From the human T2T-CHM13v2.0 reference genome, Homo sapiens, in the NCBI RefSeq assembly GCF_009914755.1, contig NC_060937.1: 64,000 nucleotides of DNA; one strand, given 5' to 3'. Every line of letters starts with the position of its first letter. Position 1 is the stretch's first letter. Below are positions 21,800-35,863 of the stretch, piece after piece. A program made the position numbers and the translations under genes. The notes beneath the pieces are model-generated. The model searched no databases. It was not told the origin of the DNA and saw only the letters and a list, made by a program, of their open reading frames with translations.

Positions 21800-23347
21800 T
21801 GTGTCCGGAATTGGTGGGTTCTTGGTCTCACTGACTTCAAGAATGAAGCCACGGACCCTCGCGGTGAGTGCTACAGCTCTTAAGGTGGCATGTCTGGAGT
21901 TTGTTCCTTCTGATGTTCGGATGTGTTCGGAGTTTCTTCCTTCTGGTGGGTTCGTGGTCTCGCTGGCTCAGGAGTGAAGCTGCAGACCTTCGCGGTGAGT
22001 GTTACAGCTCTTAAGGCAGCACATCTGGAGTTGTTCGTTCCTCTCGGTGGGCTTGTGGTCTCACTGGTTTCAGGAGTGAAGCTGCAGGTCTTCGTGGTGA
22101 GTGTTACAGCTCATAAAAACAGTGTGGACCCAAAGAGTGAGCAGTAGCAAGATTTATTGCAGAGAGTGAAAGAACAAAGCCTCCACAGTGTGGAAGGGGA
22201 CCCGAGCGGATTGCCACTGCTGGCTGGGGCAGCCTGCTTTTATTCTCTTATCTGGCCCCACCCACATCCTGCTGATTGGTAGAGCTGAGTGGCCTGTTTT
22301 GACAGGGCGCTGATTGGTGCTTTTACAATCCCTGAGCTAGATACAAAGGTTCTCCACCTCCCCATCAGATTAGTTAGATAGAGAGTTTCAACACACAGGT
22401 TCTCCAAGGCCCCACCAGAGCAGCTAGATACAGAGTGTCGATTGGTGCATTCACAAACCTTGAGCTAAACACAGGGTGCTGATTGGTGTGTTTACAAACC
22501 TTGAGCTAGATACAGAGTGCCGACTGGTGTATTTACAATCCCTGAGCTAGACGTAAAGATTCTCCAAGGCCCCACCAGAGTAGCTAGATACAGAGTGTCG
22601 ATTGGTGCACTCACAAACCCTGAGCTAGACACAGAGTGCTGATTGGTGTGTTTACAATCCCTTAGCTGGATATAAAGACTCTCCATGTCCCCACCAGACT
22701 CAAGAGCCCAACTGGCTTCACCCAGTGGATCCTGCACCAGGGCTGCAGGTGGAGCTGCCTGCCAGTCCCGCGCCATGCGCTGGCACTCCTCAGCCCTTGG
22801 GCGGTGGATGGGACTGGGCGCCGTGGAGCAGGGGGCAGCATTCGTCGGAGAGGCTCGGGCTGCACAGGAACCCATGGAGGCGGGGGAAGGCCCAGGCAGG
22901 GCGGGCTGCAGTCCAGAGGCCTGCCCCGTGGGAAGGCAGCTAAGGCCCTGCGAGAAATCGAGCGCAGCGCCAGTGGGCTGGCACTGCTGGGGGACCCAGT
23001 ACACCCTCCACAGCCGCTGGCCCAGGTGCTAAGCCCCTCACTGCCTGGGGCCGGTAGGGCCCGCCCGCCGCTCTGAGTGCGGGGCCCGCCAAGCCCACGC
23101 CCACCCAGAACTCCAGCTGGCCCACAAGCGCCGCGCGCAGCCCCGGTTCCTGCTAGCGCATCTCCCTCCACACCTCCCTGCAAGCTGAGGGAGCCGGCTC
23201 TGGCCTTGGCCAGCCCAGAAGGGGGCTCCCACAGTGCAGCGGCGGGCCGAAGGGCTCCTCAAGTGCCGCCAAAGTGGGAACCCAGGCAGAGGAGGCGCCG
23301 AGAGCAAGCGAGGGCTGTGACGACTGCCAGCACGCTGTCACCTCTCA
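21800..23347 (-). mobile_element. LTR12C solo LTR (ERV9)
   Basis: Minus strand starts TGAGAGGTGACAGCGTGCTGGC and ends GAACCCACCAATTCCGGACACA; internal tandem units with GATTGG (CCAAT) and AGATA; 4-bp TSD ATAT at 21796 and 23348. Confidence 0.93.
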
Positions 23348-23657
23348 ATATGAGTTAATCAACTGAGGTAAAGTTAAATGTAGGAGCTTTGGCTGCTTTT
23401 TCTTTAAGGTAGCCGGTTTTTTAAATAGGATGCCTGTTTTGTAAAAGTTTATCATGGATGACATGATATGCCAACCCAAACTAAGTTTGGAAACAAAAAA
23501 AATTACAAAGTTTATTCCTCAAATACAAAAGGCATTACTTTACATAAATATTACACCCATTTTGGTATATAAAAGCTCAGTAGTAACTAATAATTGTGTA
23601 GCAATGCATTTTTTATTAATATTTCAATGTTGAAAGCTTCTTAGACATTATTTTTAG

Positions 23658-23756
23658 ACATGTTTTATATACCTTCTTGCATGAGTGGATCAAAAAATTT
23701 AAGATGGCTAAACTACGGGATATAAGAAATGTAGGCCTATCAGTAAGCTCAAGTAG
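23658..23756 (+). pseudogene. ANKRD26-like exon with 1-nt frameshift
   Basis: DMFYIPSCMSGSKN / FKMAKLRDIRNVGLSV vs ANKRD26 DVFYIPSCMSGSRNFKMAKLEDTRNVGMPV; frame break at about 23698 gives TAA at 23723; donor either 23743 (GTAAG) or 23757 (GTATG). Confidence 0.88.
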
Positions 23757-24361
23757 GTATGAAAAAAATGAAGATTTTTATGAACTATTTTGTGTAAGTG
23801 TGGATCCAAAGCAATTCACACTTGTGAAAGTGTGGATCCGAACACTTTCTCTGATGAGAAATGAATTAAACATTCAAATGAACTGTCATGACAACTGTGT
23901 GCTTCCTACATTCTAGGACCAATTGAAGGACATAGTAGGTACTTGTAGTAGAATGGTATAAATGATTCTGATGTGTCACATTAAAGACACACTATAGCAT
24001 TCTACCATCAGCTTTGACATTTATCTGCCCAGGGTCATGATTTGCTCCTCTGGTTAAAGATCATTTTTCTCCTCCTCAGCATGTACACATGGTTGCGTGC
24101 ATACTTTTCTCTCAGTTACAGATATTCGAATCAGAATCTTGCCTTTGAAATGTTAACTGCATGTTTTATTCAACCTATCTTCTTAGTTTTCTTCAGGATA
24201 TTTCTGTCATGTTGTTGTCCTGACAAAAAAATGCACCCCTAAATCTAAACTCATTATTTTTAAAACGAAGCACTAAGATTCAGCTTGATACTAACTCTGA
24301 GTGTATGGTTAGATTTATCATATTTATATATAATTGATTATATGTCCCTTTTGCCTTCCAG

Positions 24362-24390
24362 ATTCTCTTCAGCAATATCATCACTTGAAG
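24362..24390 (+). pseudogene. ANKRD26/ANKRD30-type 29-nt exon
   Basis: CCAG|AT...AAG|GTAAT; DSLQQYHHLK vs ESPERYLHLK. Confidence 0.8.
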
Positions 24391-24484
24391 GTAATAACTT
24401 TTCTATATTTATCTTTAATTATTAACCACATAGTATATGAAATATATATTACTTATTAATCATTTTGTCTTAAAACCCTTTCAG

Positions 24485-24557
24485 CCTAAGGTTGAAATGA
24501 AAGAGTGTGTTTCGAACCAGGCAGTCGGAATGAAAGATGTACAAGCATGCACATCAG
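24485..24557 (+). pseudogene. ANKRD26/ANKRD30-type 73-nt exon
   Basis: TCAG|CCT...CAG|GTAAA; PKVEMKECVSNQAVGMKDVQACTS vs PTIEMKDSVPNKAGGMKDVQTSKA. Confidence 0.88.
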
Positions 24558-25010
24558 GTAAAAATTTTTGCAATACAAATTTAACTCTGGAAAGAAGCAC
24601 ATTAAAAATAGTTTAAATGCTAGCAGTCTTCGTATTCCTGTCTTTTTTTTTTTCAAATTTGAGGGATAGATTTGATATATATAATGCAGATATTAGCATT
24701 GGTATCTATGTTTGAAAAACATTATATTTAGAAGCATAAGATAGATTTTAAAAATGTAAGCTCTAACTTAGATGTATCTTGTATTACGTATTGCTACGCT
24801 GAAGTTCTCAGTTGGGAATACCTATACTCATTCGGGTTTCACAGAAGTGAATTATGAGACTACAATTTTTTCCCGTGTTTGAAATGCTTGTTGGAATTCT
24901 GATCTTTACCTAGAGGAAAGCTTTCCTTGCTAACATGTCAATTTTGTATAAAGTTTAATTACTTCATCCTAGTGTTAGACTGATTATCTGAAGCAAATTG
25001 GATGTTTTGA

Positions 25011-25013
<3 letters not shown>

Positions 25014-25046
<33 letters not shown>
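25014..25046. repeat. (GT)n microsatellite
   Basis: GT run. Confidence 0.95.
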
Positions 25047-25049
<3 letters not shown>

Positions 25050-26068
25050 GGAATATCTTGGAGTACAAAAATGAGGAAAGTAATCTTTTTTTCATGGCTA
25101 TTTGGCAGACACACTCATTTCAAAGAGTGATTCTGAAACTTTATAGGCTTAGGGTTTTTTGTGCAATTAATAATTATTGCATAGAAGTAACCAACACCCT
25201 GAATTAGGTGTTTGTCATTGTCATGCACTTTTCATACATTTTACCATATATGTGTATGGCCATAAATCATATGTAGAATTGGTGTTTCTGTCCTAAAATT
25301 TCAATCATATAACTGATTGTACATTATAAATATATTATTCAGCAGCTTTCTTTTGCTTACTCAGCGTTATAGTTTTGAGATCAGTCGATATGTTTTGTTC
25401 ACACCCATTGATTTGTCCAAAGAGATGCATTGCTATTTTCAGAAGTAGTTCTAGTTGAGTTTACATTTCCTATAGTATTTCATGCTATGACAGTACCACA
25501 TTTAATTCAACTCTGTTTTGTGGTGAGAAAAAGATAAAAACATTAAAAAATGATGGCATATCCCAAAGAGCTTTTGTTTAAGTGGATTGTATCTATTGAT
25601 ATTTACTATATCAGAAACTGAAGCTGAATAATTTAAAATATAAGCATGCACCACCATGCATTCCAATAGCCATTATAACTCTGGCCCATTAAGCACCCAT
25701 GATCTTATGACACATCACGTGTCTCATGGTTAAACATAAGTCTTGTTATTAAAAGAAAGTTCATATTACTGAAGAATATTATTAATAAACAAAGCTCTCA
25801 TGGAAAACAAAATATATAATATTGCTGAGTGAATCAAATAAGTAACACTAAAAAATAAAAATGTCAAAGATGATCGTTAATAAAACCTATGTGAGTGAAT
25901 GGCAAGTACAGGACATGTAGAATACAATAAGCCATGCAGGAGTGGTGTGTTTCTGGGGGAGTGGAGGACATGGGACTGCTTCTGTTTTAGAAGGAATTTC
26001 TCCACGTTAGTCAAATTGTATTATGATTTACATTCTAATAATGAAAACTTTACTTTCAGCTTTTTCAG

Positions 26069-26317
26069 CTTTGGATTTTAATAGTTTGACCTTCAGTAAT
26101 GAGCTTCATGAAAGATCTGAGAATTTGAAAGTTGGTGATCTATGTCCATTTGTGTCTCCACCAATGACCAACACTGTGTTGGGATCCACAGACTTGGGGA
26201 AGATGAACTTAATAGATTAAGAAAAGATGACCACTGCAGCTGCATTTCTATTTTGGAATCACACTCTCCGTGACCTGTGTGAGTCACAGCTACCAGAAAA
26301 CAAAGACAGCAAAGAAG
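26069..26317 (+). pseudogene. CCDC144A-like exon with premature stop
   Basis: ALDFNSLTFSNELHERSENLKVGDLCPFVSP...GKMNLID*EKM...TLRDLCESQLPENKDSKE vs CCDC144A ...[26 protein letters not shown]...GQMNLTEREKM...TLHDLCQSQLPENKESKE; TAA 26218-26220; alternative acceptor at 26060. Confidence 0.85.
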
Positions 26318-27109
26318 GTAATAAAGAAGCATAGAGAATTCAGTCCCAGTGTAGCTGTACTTGGCTTCATAATACCATAGTTGTAACTTTTAAAGAATCA
26401 TTTTGTGGCAAAGTGTGTATTGTGTTTACACCCCCCTTATACAAGCTACAACCAAACAGAGGACCTATCAGCAGGGCATTTATGTTCTTCCTTTAACCAA
26501 AGCAACATAAAAATAAGAAAGAGAATGAGATGGACGAGTAATTTTGTTTAGGCTAGCATTTAACATAAACTTGAATGTGAGTCCAAGGATTACATGCAGA
26601 ACTTTGGGACTGGGGGGGAGATGTTTGATTGCCTGCTCAAACACAATGTGGTTTCTTTGCTTTATTTCCATAGCTCTGAATTTGTATCAGTTGTAACTAT
26701 ATAAAATGTTGCCCCTAAAGCACCTTCCAAACCCCAAAATTAAGTTATTTTTAATAACTTCTGTGACTTTATGTAGTATAGAATTGTCTTTCCCAGTATG
26801 AATGGGTATCCTTGAGAATTTGCTAGATGGTGTCTTTTCAGCTGTGTTCACACAGTTTATCACCTTGTTTTCATGAATAACAATTTACTAGGAATACTAG
26901 TTTGAAGGAAGGTGGTGTCATTAAAAATAACATGAAAATACATTTTAATTTTACTAGGACACATAATCTGTTGAATAATTGCATCTAATATGTGTTCTAC
27001 TTTATGTCCCAGTTAAATTCATTGTCTTTAATAAGGTATACGATCAGATCTATATAGTAATAAATCATAAAATATTTTTGCACCCCAATAGTTTCATTTC
27101 CTTTTTTAC

Positions 27110-27296
27110 ACGGCAAAACCCAGTCTCTTGAAAAAATACAAAATTAGCCGAGCATGGCAGCTGCCTGTGGTCCCAGATACTCAGAGGCTGAGGTGGGAGA
27201 ATCTCTAGAGTCTGGGAGGCAGAGATTGTAGTTAGCTGAGATCGCACCACTGTGCTCCAGCCTGGGCTACTGAGCAAGACCTTGTCTCAAAAAAAA
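27110..27296 (+). mobile_element. 5'-truncated Alu (AluJ/S-like)
   Basis: AAAAATACAAAATTAGCC...CTCCAGCCTGGGC...GTCTCAAAAAAAA. Confidence 0.85.
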
Positions 27297-27648
27297 TGAC
27301 ACAAAAGAAAAGATGATTTGAAAGATTGTCCCATACAGTTTAGGACAAAAGGGATAGACATGCATAGAAAGAATGTACATTTCAGGTGGTAAATATACAC
27401 TAGGAAAATCAATGCAGTGCTAAGGCAGCCCCAAGGAAAGAGATGCCTGTTTTTCTGAGGAAAGATAGCAAGAATCAAGGAATACTTCACACAGCAATGT
27501 GAGTGATGAAAAAGAAATGGTTAGAATAGTAGAGGAAAACATTTCTGATATCGAGAACAGGATGTACACTGGTAAAGTATAAACAGTTACAGTAATTCTG
27601 GAAATCATTGATTATAGGCATAATGTGTTGTTAAGAATGGCACTACTG

Positions 27649-27855
27649 GACCGAGCGCGGTGGCTCACGCCTGTAATCCCAGCATTTTGGGATGCTGAGG
27701 CAGGCAGATCACCTGAGGTCAGGAGTTCAAGATCAGCCTGGTTAACATGGTGAAACCCCATCTCTACTAAAAATACAAAATTTAGCGGCTTGAGCCACCT
27801 CACCCGGCTGAAAATTTTTTTAAGACAGGCTCTCACTGTGTCACCCACACTGGAG
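27649..27855. mobile_element. Rearranged Alu cluster (plus-strand left arm fused to two minus-strand fragments)
   Basis: Plus left monomer to 27783, then GGCTTGAGCCACCTCACCCGGC (minus 5' end), then TTTTTTTAAGACAGGCTCTCACT (minus 3' end), each truncated. Confidence 0.8.
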
Positions 27856-28919
27856 TTTGAGTGAATGCAATCTTAATGGCCACAATCAATATTCTTTTTT
27901 AGGTCACAGTCAAAATTCTTTATTGATAAAGACCTCTCATGTTTATCTCAAAAGAAGCTTTAAGGATTGTCTAGGAATCACCACATGCTATTTAGGTTCT
28001 ATGTCTCAAAAAAAGAAAATGCTAAAATAATGTAGAACATTTAAATTCACTATTACTAATTACACAGTTTTCTGTGATTGGAAATGGTCATCAAACCAAA
28101 GGGAAAATTGCAATTTTCATACGTTATCTTGAGTAATTTCACTTAGAGATTTCATTGAAGTTAATTCTTCGTCACTATTGTTGGTAAATTAAGAGTTTTT
28201 AGGAAGCAGTTTCTGTAATGAAATTTCAGATGTTTTGAATATTTCTGTTTTATAGTTAACTGTGCAATACTTTTATTGAGGTTTTCAAATACAATTACTG
28301 TGCAGTTAAAGAAAGCAATGTTATGTCCAGCTTTCAGTAATTGCTTGTATGGGCTATCTGTAGTCCCTGGATGAAATAATGCTTGAGTAGATGAATAAAA
28401 ATACATGAATGAATTATAATATTTAGACAATGAAGATTGCCTATAACCTTATTTTTAGCATAATTCCCTAAAGCTATTTGTGTTATATGTTTGAATGCAT
28501 TTCAATATGAACTTGGTAACTGTCATTTCTATTTTAAGACTTCAGTGACCTGGGAGGAGAAAATAATTGGGCCCAGTGGTTATTATTACTAGATTTTCCT
28601 TTGCTTGAATCTAGGCTTGTGTCTTTCATCTATTGGAATAAAAGCATTAAAAATAATCTGTGGTATATTTTATATAATCTGATTCATTGGTAATCTAATC
28701 TTGCAATATAAACTGGGTGCATTAAGCACTTGTAGTATATTAAGCCTGGGAGACTGAAGTTTCTTTTCAGCGTTCCTATTAAGTATATGGTGATGGAAAT
28801 TTTTCAAAATTTTTAATGGAAAATGATGTCCCAATTCACTCTTTTCTTTTTGATTTTAGATGGGAAATGTAAAGTCATAAGATCAATAGGTTGACTGTGA
28901 CAACTATATTTACTTACAG

Positions 28920-31900
28920 AGAGAACAGGAAATGAGAATGGGTGATGTGGGTCCCCATGAAGCAATAAACATAGGAGGTAGGGATTTGAAGCAAAAGGCT
29001 TTTGTAATTTATCATTTTTGGGGGGACTGTTTATGCTGTTTGTGGTATCTATATATCAGTAAGAAACTAAAATACGGGACCAACATTTCTAAAGGTGAAA
29101 TCTCTTACATCCATTAAACTGGAATGCAATACAATTATATTAAAAAATATGCCTGGGAAGAAAATTCTCATTTTGTTTTTGTTTGAAGGCTAAAAGATGT
29201 GTTATACATTCATAAGCTTAATGAAAGAAACATATAAACCAGGTTGTAATACAGCCTGAAAGGAGTGTAGTCATTGCATGGTGTAATACAGCTCTGTTTT
29301 TGCAGTTTTAAAATCAAATTTATGCCTTCTAATTGGCTTTTTTTTTTTTTTTTTTGGCAGGACCTCACTCTGTTGTGCATGCTGGAGTACAGTGGCGCAG
29401 TCTCTGCTCCCTGAAACCTCGACTTCCAGGGCTCAAGAGATCCTTCCATCTTACCAAGTAGCTGGGACTACAGGCACGCGCCACCATACCTGGCTTATTT
29501 TTTGTATTTTTAGTAGAGACAGGATTTCACCATGTTGCCCAGGCTGGTCTTGAGCTCCTGGGCTCAAGCAGTTTGCTGGCGTTAGCTTCCCAAAGTGCTG
29601 ATATTACAGGTGTGAGCCACCTTGCCTGTCCTAATTGAACATTGGAAATTGATAGTTTCCGAGTTGGAAATTGATAGTTTCTGAGTTGTGTTTTTAGGCT
29701 TTTAGAGAGCATTTTATACTTTTCTGTCTTAAACTAGCTTTTTGTGTAACTTTGAAGCTGTTTTCCTTCACTTTAATGAATATTGAACTTTTTTCCTTTA
29801 ACCTACAGTATTGTGCACAGAAGTGCACTCAGTCTTTGTAGACTATGACTCGTCAAGGGAATTACATGTGTGTTGCCAATGCATGTTTTAGAGTTGACTA
29901 AGCTTTTAAGAAAGTATATTAGCAACTTCAGTTTGGATTTGCTCATATAGCCAAGTTGCAAGGGAAATAATGCCAAGTAAGTAACCTGAAGGAAAAACAA
30001 GTGTGGCATATCGTAGGCCTTACTAAATTTGAAATTTGAAATGTCATACATTTGAAAGTTGGATACGGAATTAAATTTTATTAAATTAATTGTCCCACAA
30101 AAGCTGTCCCACATTAAATTGTCCTACAAAAGGTGTTATGAAGCTAAAAATCTTTATATAACTTAAATGTACATATTGTTTTAAAGATTACACTACCATG
30201 GCAAACAATATTCTTAACATGCACACCCATTTACAAAATCAAGTATGTTCTTAGCATGTATAGTCTATCAAATGAAACTTAAAAGAAGTCATGTGTGGAA
30301 TGAACATTTTCCATGATCAGCTTTTTTTCTTAAACTTCTGTTGCCAGTTTTTCAGTACTACTAATCAGATGATGTAGAGTCATATATTGCTGTTTACTTG
30401 ATCACTTTTTACCAACAAGTAGTTAGTGAATACTTCTGGTATATGCAGGAAGCAAGAAACATGGCCCTTGCCCATAAAGAACTTAATTGTGAAATTACTA
30501 CAGTGGATACGTGAAATAATTAATGAACCAAGAGTGTCTACATTCCAAACTATGAAGCATAATTGAGTATAATGATGTCCAAGTGGTCCAATATTTATGT
30601 CTTTTTTAGAGTAAATTTTGGGATGGTATTTAATATAATCCATGTAATTTTAAGGATTTTAGGAATAAGGTTATTGTAGATTATAGGCAGTTTAAAAGGC
30701 CATTATCATTATTAGAGTGACATTAACATCAAAACTAAACTTTAAAATAGTATAAAACTTAAAACCGTTTCTGATGGTATAGAGATACTCTGCAATTTTA
30801 TGAGAAGAAATATAAGAATATGCCTTTAGAGTCCTTATTTAGTTAGGAATTGAGGAGAATTAAAAATTTTTTGTGACATTTTATTCACCAGAGGACCTAT
30901 TTACATTTTAGCACTTACTCTCCTAAAGTCCAGTTTATCTAATTTTCTCTTCAGTCTTCATTCAATGTGAGACTTCATCATAATGGTTTTGTAGAGCTAT
31001 TAATCATTATCATGCAGTTGGGTTGTTGGGAAGTTAAAACTGTCATAACTAATCAAGTTACATTGATGGAAAGTGGCAGCAGATTTTCTGGTGTATCACT
31101 AGTGTGTATAACCAAGTGAAACCTACATTATAATGCTACCTTTCTAGTAACCAGATAATGCTAACATTTCTTAGATCCTTAAATTTATTTATAGCTATGT
31201 GGTGAAAGATATGAGTACTAAAAGTAAGGCTCTAAGTTAACTGCTGTTAGTTGGAAATATTATTTTTGATTTTTTTATACCCACAGATGTATAGTTATTT
31301 TCCAAACCCACCATTGTAAAATTACATTCTATTAAAGAGAAAAAGAAGAAAAAGAAACTTAATTTGTTTTTTGGGGGATAGTTGAGGTAAGACCCTTCTT
31401 AGATATTGTTCTTGTACTCTCTTCATTTCTAGATTGTAGAAATTATTAAAATAGCTATTTAGGGCTATACTGAGGGAGTGAAAATATTCTTGGATAAAGT
31501 ATATTTATTGGCAAGAGCATTTGGGGTGAAGGAAACAATTCCTTCCCACGAAGTTGCTAGGTTCCTGGGGATTGGATTTGAAGAGCAGAAGTATGATGCA
31601 GGGGCTGGTAGGGACTCAGCCATGTAGAGAGTATAATGTATAATTTCAGCTGCATTATAATGTATCTTTGAGAAATTGAGTTCTTATTGTCAGAAAATTG
31701 ATCTATGTAATGAAATACTAGAAGAAAACCCTAAATTAGAATGGCTTTGTTACGAATTTTTAATGATAAACAAGTGCTACCACTTAAAAGGGAAAAAAAT
31801 TTTCAAAGAAAATACCTAAAAATGTGTTGTATTTGAGATCATCATATATGTAGTATTAGAGCACAGACACTATTAAAATTAATAGGAGGTAGGTGGATTT

Positions 31901-32809
31901 TTTTAATGAAAAACTTGAAATATATCAGATTGTCCCCATTTATGGAATTTAAGCTTGTCAGAAAGATCCAGATAGCTATATATTTTATCTGCATTTGGTT
32001 GCGGTTGCTTTTAAAAATAAGTTTTGTTATAAGTCATTTCAATTTTTTTGTTTACATTCCATATTTCAATATAAAAAGTTAAAAGAGAGTACCTCCTGTA
32101 ATTTAGCAAGGTATTCCATAAACTCAAGGAGGAAAAAAAAACTAACATGAGAGGCTAGTTATAATCATCTTTATGTATATATTGCAGGAAATTATTTCCT
32201 CTCTGGCAACTTAGCATAATTTACATGCTAATATTTTTAGCCACAGCTTAAAAAAATTAAGTGGTTTTGTAAGTGCTAATCCTTTGTTACTCATTTAAAC
32301 TGGTAAAATGTAGTCCCCATTGTTAGGTATTATTTGGTGTAAAAGCCAACTATAACAAATAATAGTGATGTCTCAGCTTGCAAACTGTTACAGTCTTAAA
32401 TGCCCTAAAATAATTGATAGTTTCCTCATTGATTTTATGTACATTTGGCTTGGGGATGAAAATTCTAATTCGAGTGTAGGTAATGCCCTATTACAGATTA
32501 GATAATGCATATCACATTCTCAAGGAACAAAAATAATTTTAATAACGGTCTTGGTATATAGATTGCATAAATATTGTTAAATTTTAAATGTTTACTAAAC
32601 TAAGATAGGACAGCTCTAAGTATAGATTGTTTTACATAGATGTGTTTAACACAGCCCCTGCTGGTAACCAAGGTCCTCCTCCAATGACGGGTATGAATAT
32701 GAACAACAGAGCAACTATACCTGGCCCACCAGTGGGTCCTGGTCCTGCCATGGGACCAGAAGGAGCCGCAAATATGGGAACTCCAATGATGCCAGATAAT
32801 GGAGCAGTG
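28920..32809 (+). pseudogene. PSPC1P2: PSPC1 (paraspeckle component 1) unprocessed pseudogene fragment, two exons
   Basis: Exon 28920-28977 REQEMRMGDVGPHEAINIG (PSPC1 REQEMRMGDMGPRGAINMG) and exon 32640-32809 [57 protein letters not shown]; canonical AG/GT; flanking PSPC1 exons absent. Symbol from recalled 13q12.12 annotation. Confidence 0.88.
29338..29631 (-). mobile_element. AluJ
   Basis: Poly(T) then GGGCTCAAG J-type diagnostics. Confidence 0.88.
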
Positions 32810-33194
32810 GTAATGTATCATAAACATTATTTTGATTATATTCAGTAATGTACACTTCTGCATCAAGGATAACTTCACACTTAATATAATTTGGTATCAT
32901 TTGTTTTGGCAGCCAATGAAGAAGAAAATTTTGTGACATCATATGTTGATTTACTAGAGATAGTTTTTAAGTAGTCCAAGAATTAGGATTACTGTCTGTG
33001 GCATGCTGTGGTACCTCAGTATTTAGCAAATACATATGCTAATTACATTATTTTTCTGTGCTTTTAATTTGTATCCATCGTTTACCAGCATTCTAATGTT
33101 CAAGAATTTTATGATGGTGTTCTTTTCCTGTGTGGACTCCTTATGTTTGATGGGGACAAAAGTCCAATATGTATGAACACAGAGTTTTCAGTAA

Positions 33195-33454
<260 letters not shown>

Positions 33455-33462
33455 GTCAGTAA

Positions 33463-33639
<177 letters not shown>

Positions 33640-34020
33640 TAGTCCCAGGACATAATTGCTATGGAATCATAAAGATGTCAGTTCTCCCAAAATTAATCCA
33701 TAAACTTGATGCAATTCCAATAAAAATTCAAGAGGATTTTTTACAATACTGAACAAGCTAATCTTACAATTCATGAGGAAGAGCATATGTTTAAAAACAA
33801 AGCATCGAAGTGGTAAACTTATTCTACCAGATTTAAATAATTATTAAAAAGTTAAGTTAAACAGTGTGGTATTGGTGCAGAGATAGATGTATAAGCTAAT
33901 GAAATGAAAGAGAGCCTAGAAAGTGCACAAATAATATATGGAAATATAAATGACAGACATGGCATCAGAACTCAGTGGTAAAAGATGAGAGTATTCAATA
34001 AAGGGTGATGAAATTTTTGG
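33640..34020 (+). mobile_element. Old L1M ORF2 fragment
   Basis: Translates [21 protein letters not shown] (L1 ORF2 motif); ACAGTGTGGTATTGG. Confidence 0.75.
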
Positions 34021-34320
34021 CTATTAATATTATGATATAATAAAAAATAAATATTTGGTCCTTGTCCTTAGTTCCTGACACACAGTTCCTGAAGTCCTTG
34101 GAATCTCCAGAGTGATGACTGAATTAATCACCAATGGTGAATGGCAGTGATTATCAGTGAGAACCAAACCTAAGTCTGCAGGCTTAGGGCAGGGGCCCAG
34201 ACAATTAGAGGGGCTCTTCTCTTTGAGACTTGTCATCTAGAACTCATTGTCACTGGAGGCCAAAGCATAAATGAGCCTATCGGTTGCCTTGGGTTACAAG
34301 AACAAGTTTTAATTAATTAA

Positions 34321-34620
<300 letters not shown>

Positions 34621-35053
34621 AAGTCTGAGTTTTTGTTGAGAAAGCCAAGTAGCAGTTCAGGGACTTGTGGCCACCAATTGTCTCTGAGATTCAAAGTCTG
34701 TTCTTTCTATTGGGGACTGAGATGGACAGATAATCATGCAGACTTAAGGAGGAGCCATAGCAATGATTTGGCATGGGAGGAAGTCTGAGCTAGCAAGAAC
34801 TGGAGGAATAATTTCCCTCTGTAGGAATTCCTGCTCTACCTACTTGCTATAGGAGTAAAGTGGTCATGATTTAAACAGTCTTGTCTGTACCTGTTATGTT
34901 ATAAGGATGTGTTCATGGCCCTATCTGCTAAGAGTGAGTTGTTCTTATAAATAAAATAAAAATTAGTAAATTTATACACAATTTGTTATGCAAATCCTAA
35001 GAGTGATATTCCAAAAAGCCAAATTTTAGAAGTAAATAAGTACATAAATTGGC

Positions 35054-35488
<435 letters not shown>

Positions 35489-35693
35489 TCAGGACTGGTC
35501 AGAAGGACAGTAAGTCCTCAAGGCACCAGCCCCTACTTCTCCACACAGATTGAGAGGTAAGTATTCTAAGCTCTCTGCAGGGCCCATATCCTGGATGTGG
35601 ACACCCAGTCCTGCTAGGACCTGCTTCCAGAAGAGTTGATCCCAGCCATGAAACTGCCCTGATATCTTTATCCTGTATCAGCCTTGTGAGTAG

Positions 35694-35863
35694 TCAGTAA
35701 CTGGGACCACAGGCGCGTGCCAACAAGCCTGCTTAATTTTTTTTGTAGAGACGGGTTTCGTCATGTTGCCCAGGCTGGTCTGGAACTCCTGAGCTCAAGT
35801 GATGCACCTGCCTCGGTTTCCCAAAGTGCTGGGATTACAGGCGTGAGCCACCACGTGCAGCCC
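35694..35863 (-). mobile_element. Alu fragment (left arm)
   Basis: GTAGAGACGGGTTTCG...GGCGTGAGCCACC. Confidence 0.85.

Noticed and set aside
21880-22700. Regularly spaced repeats resembling a CRISPR-like array
   Set aside because: These are the normal internal tandem units of LTR12C; the context is eukaryotic, with no unique spacers or cas genes.
22492-23358. ORFs of about 170 aa
   Set aside because: They lie within the GC-rich part of LTR12C.
28920-32809. Functional PSPC1 gene
   Set aside because: Only two exons, with several substitutions; the RRM/NOPS exons and the last exon are absent from the flanks.
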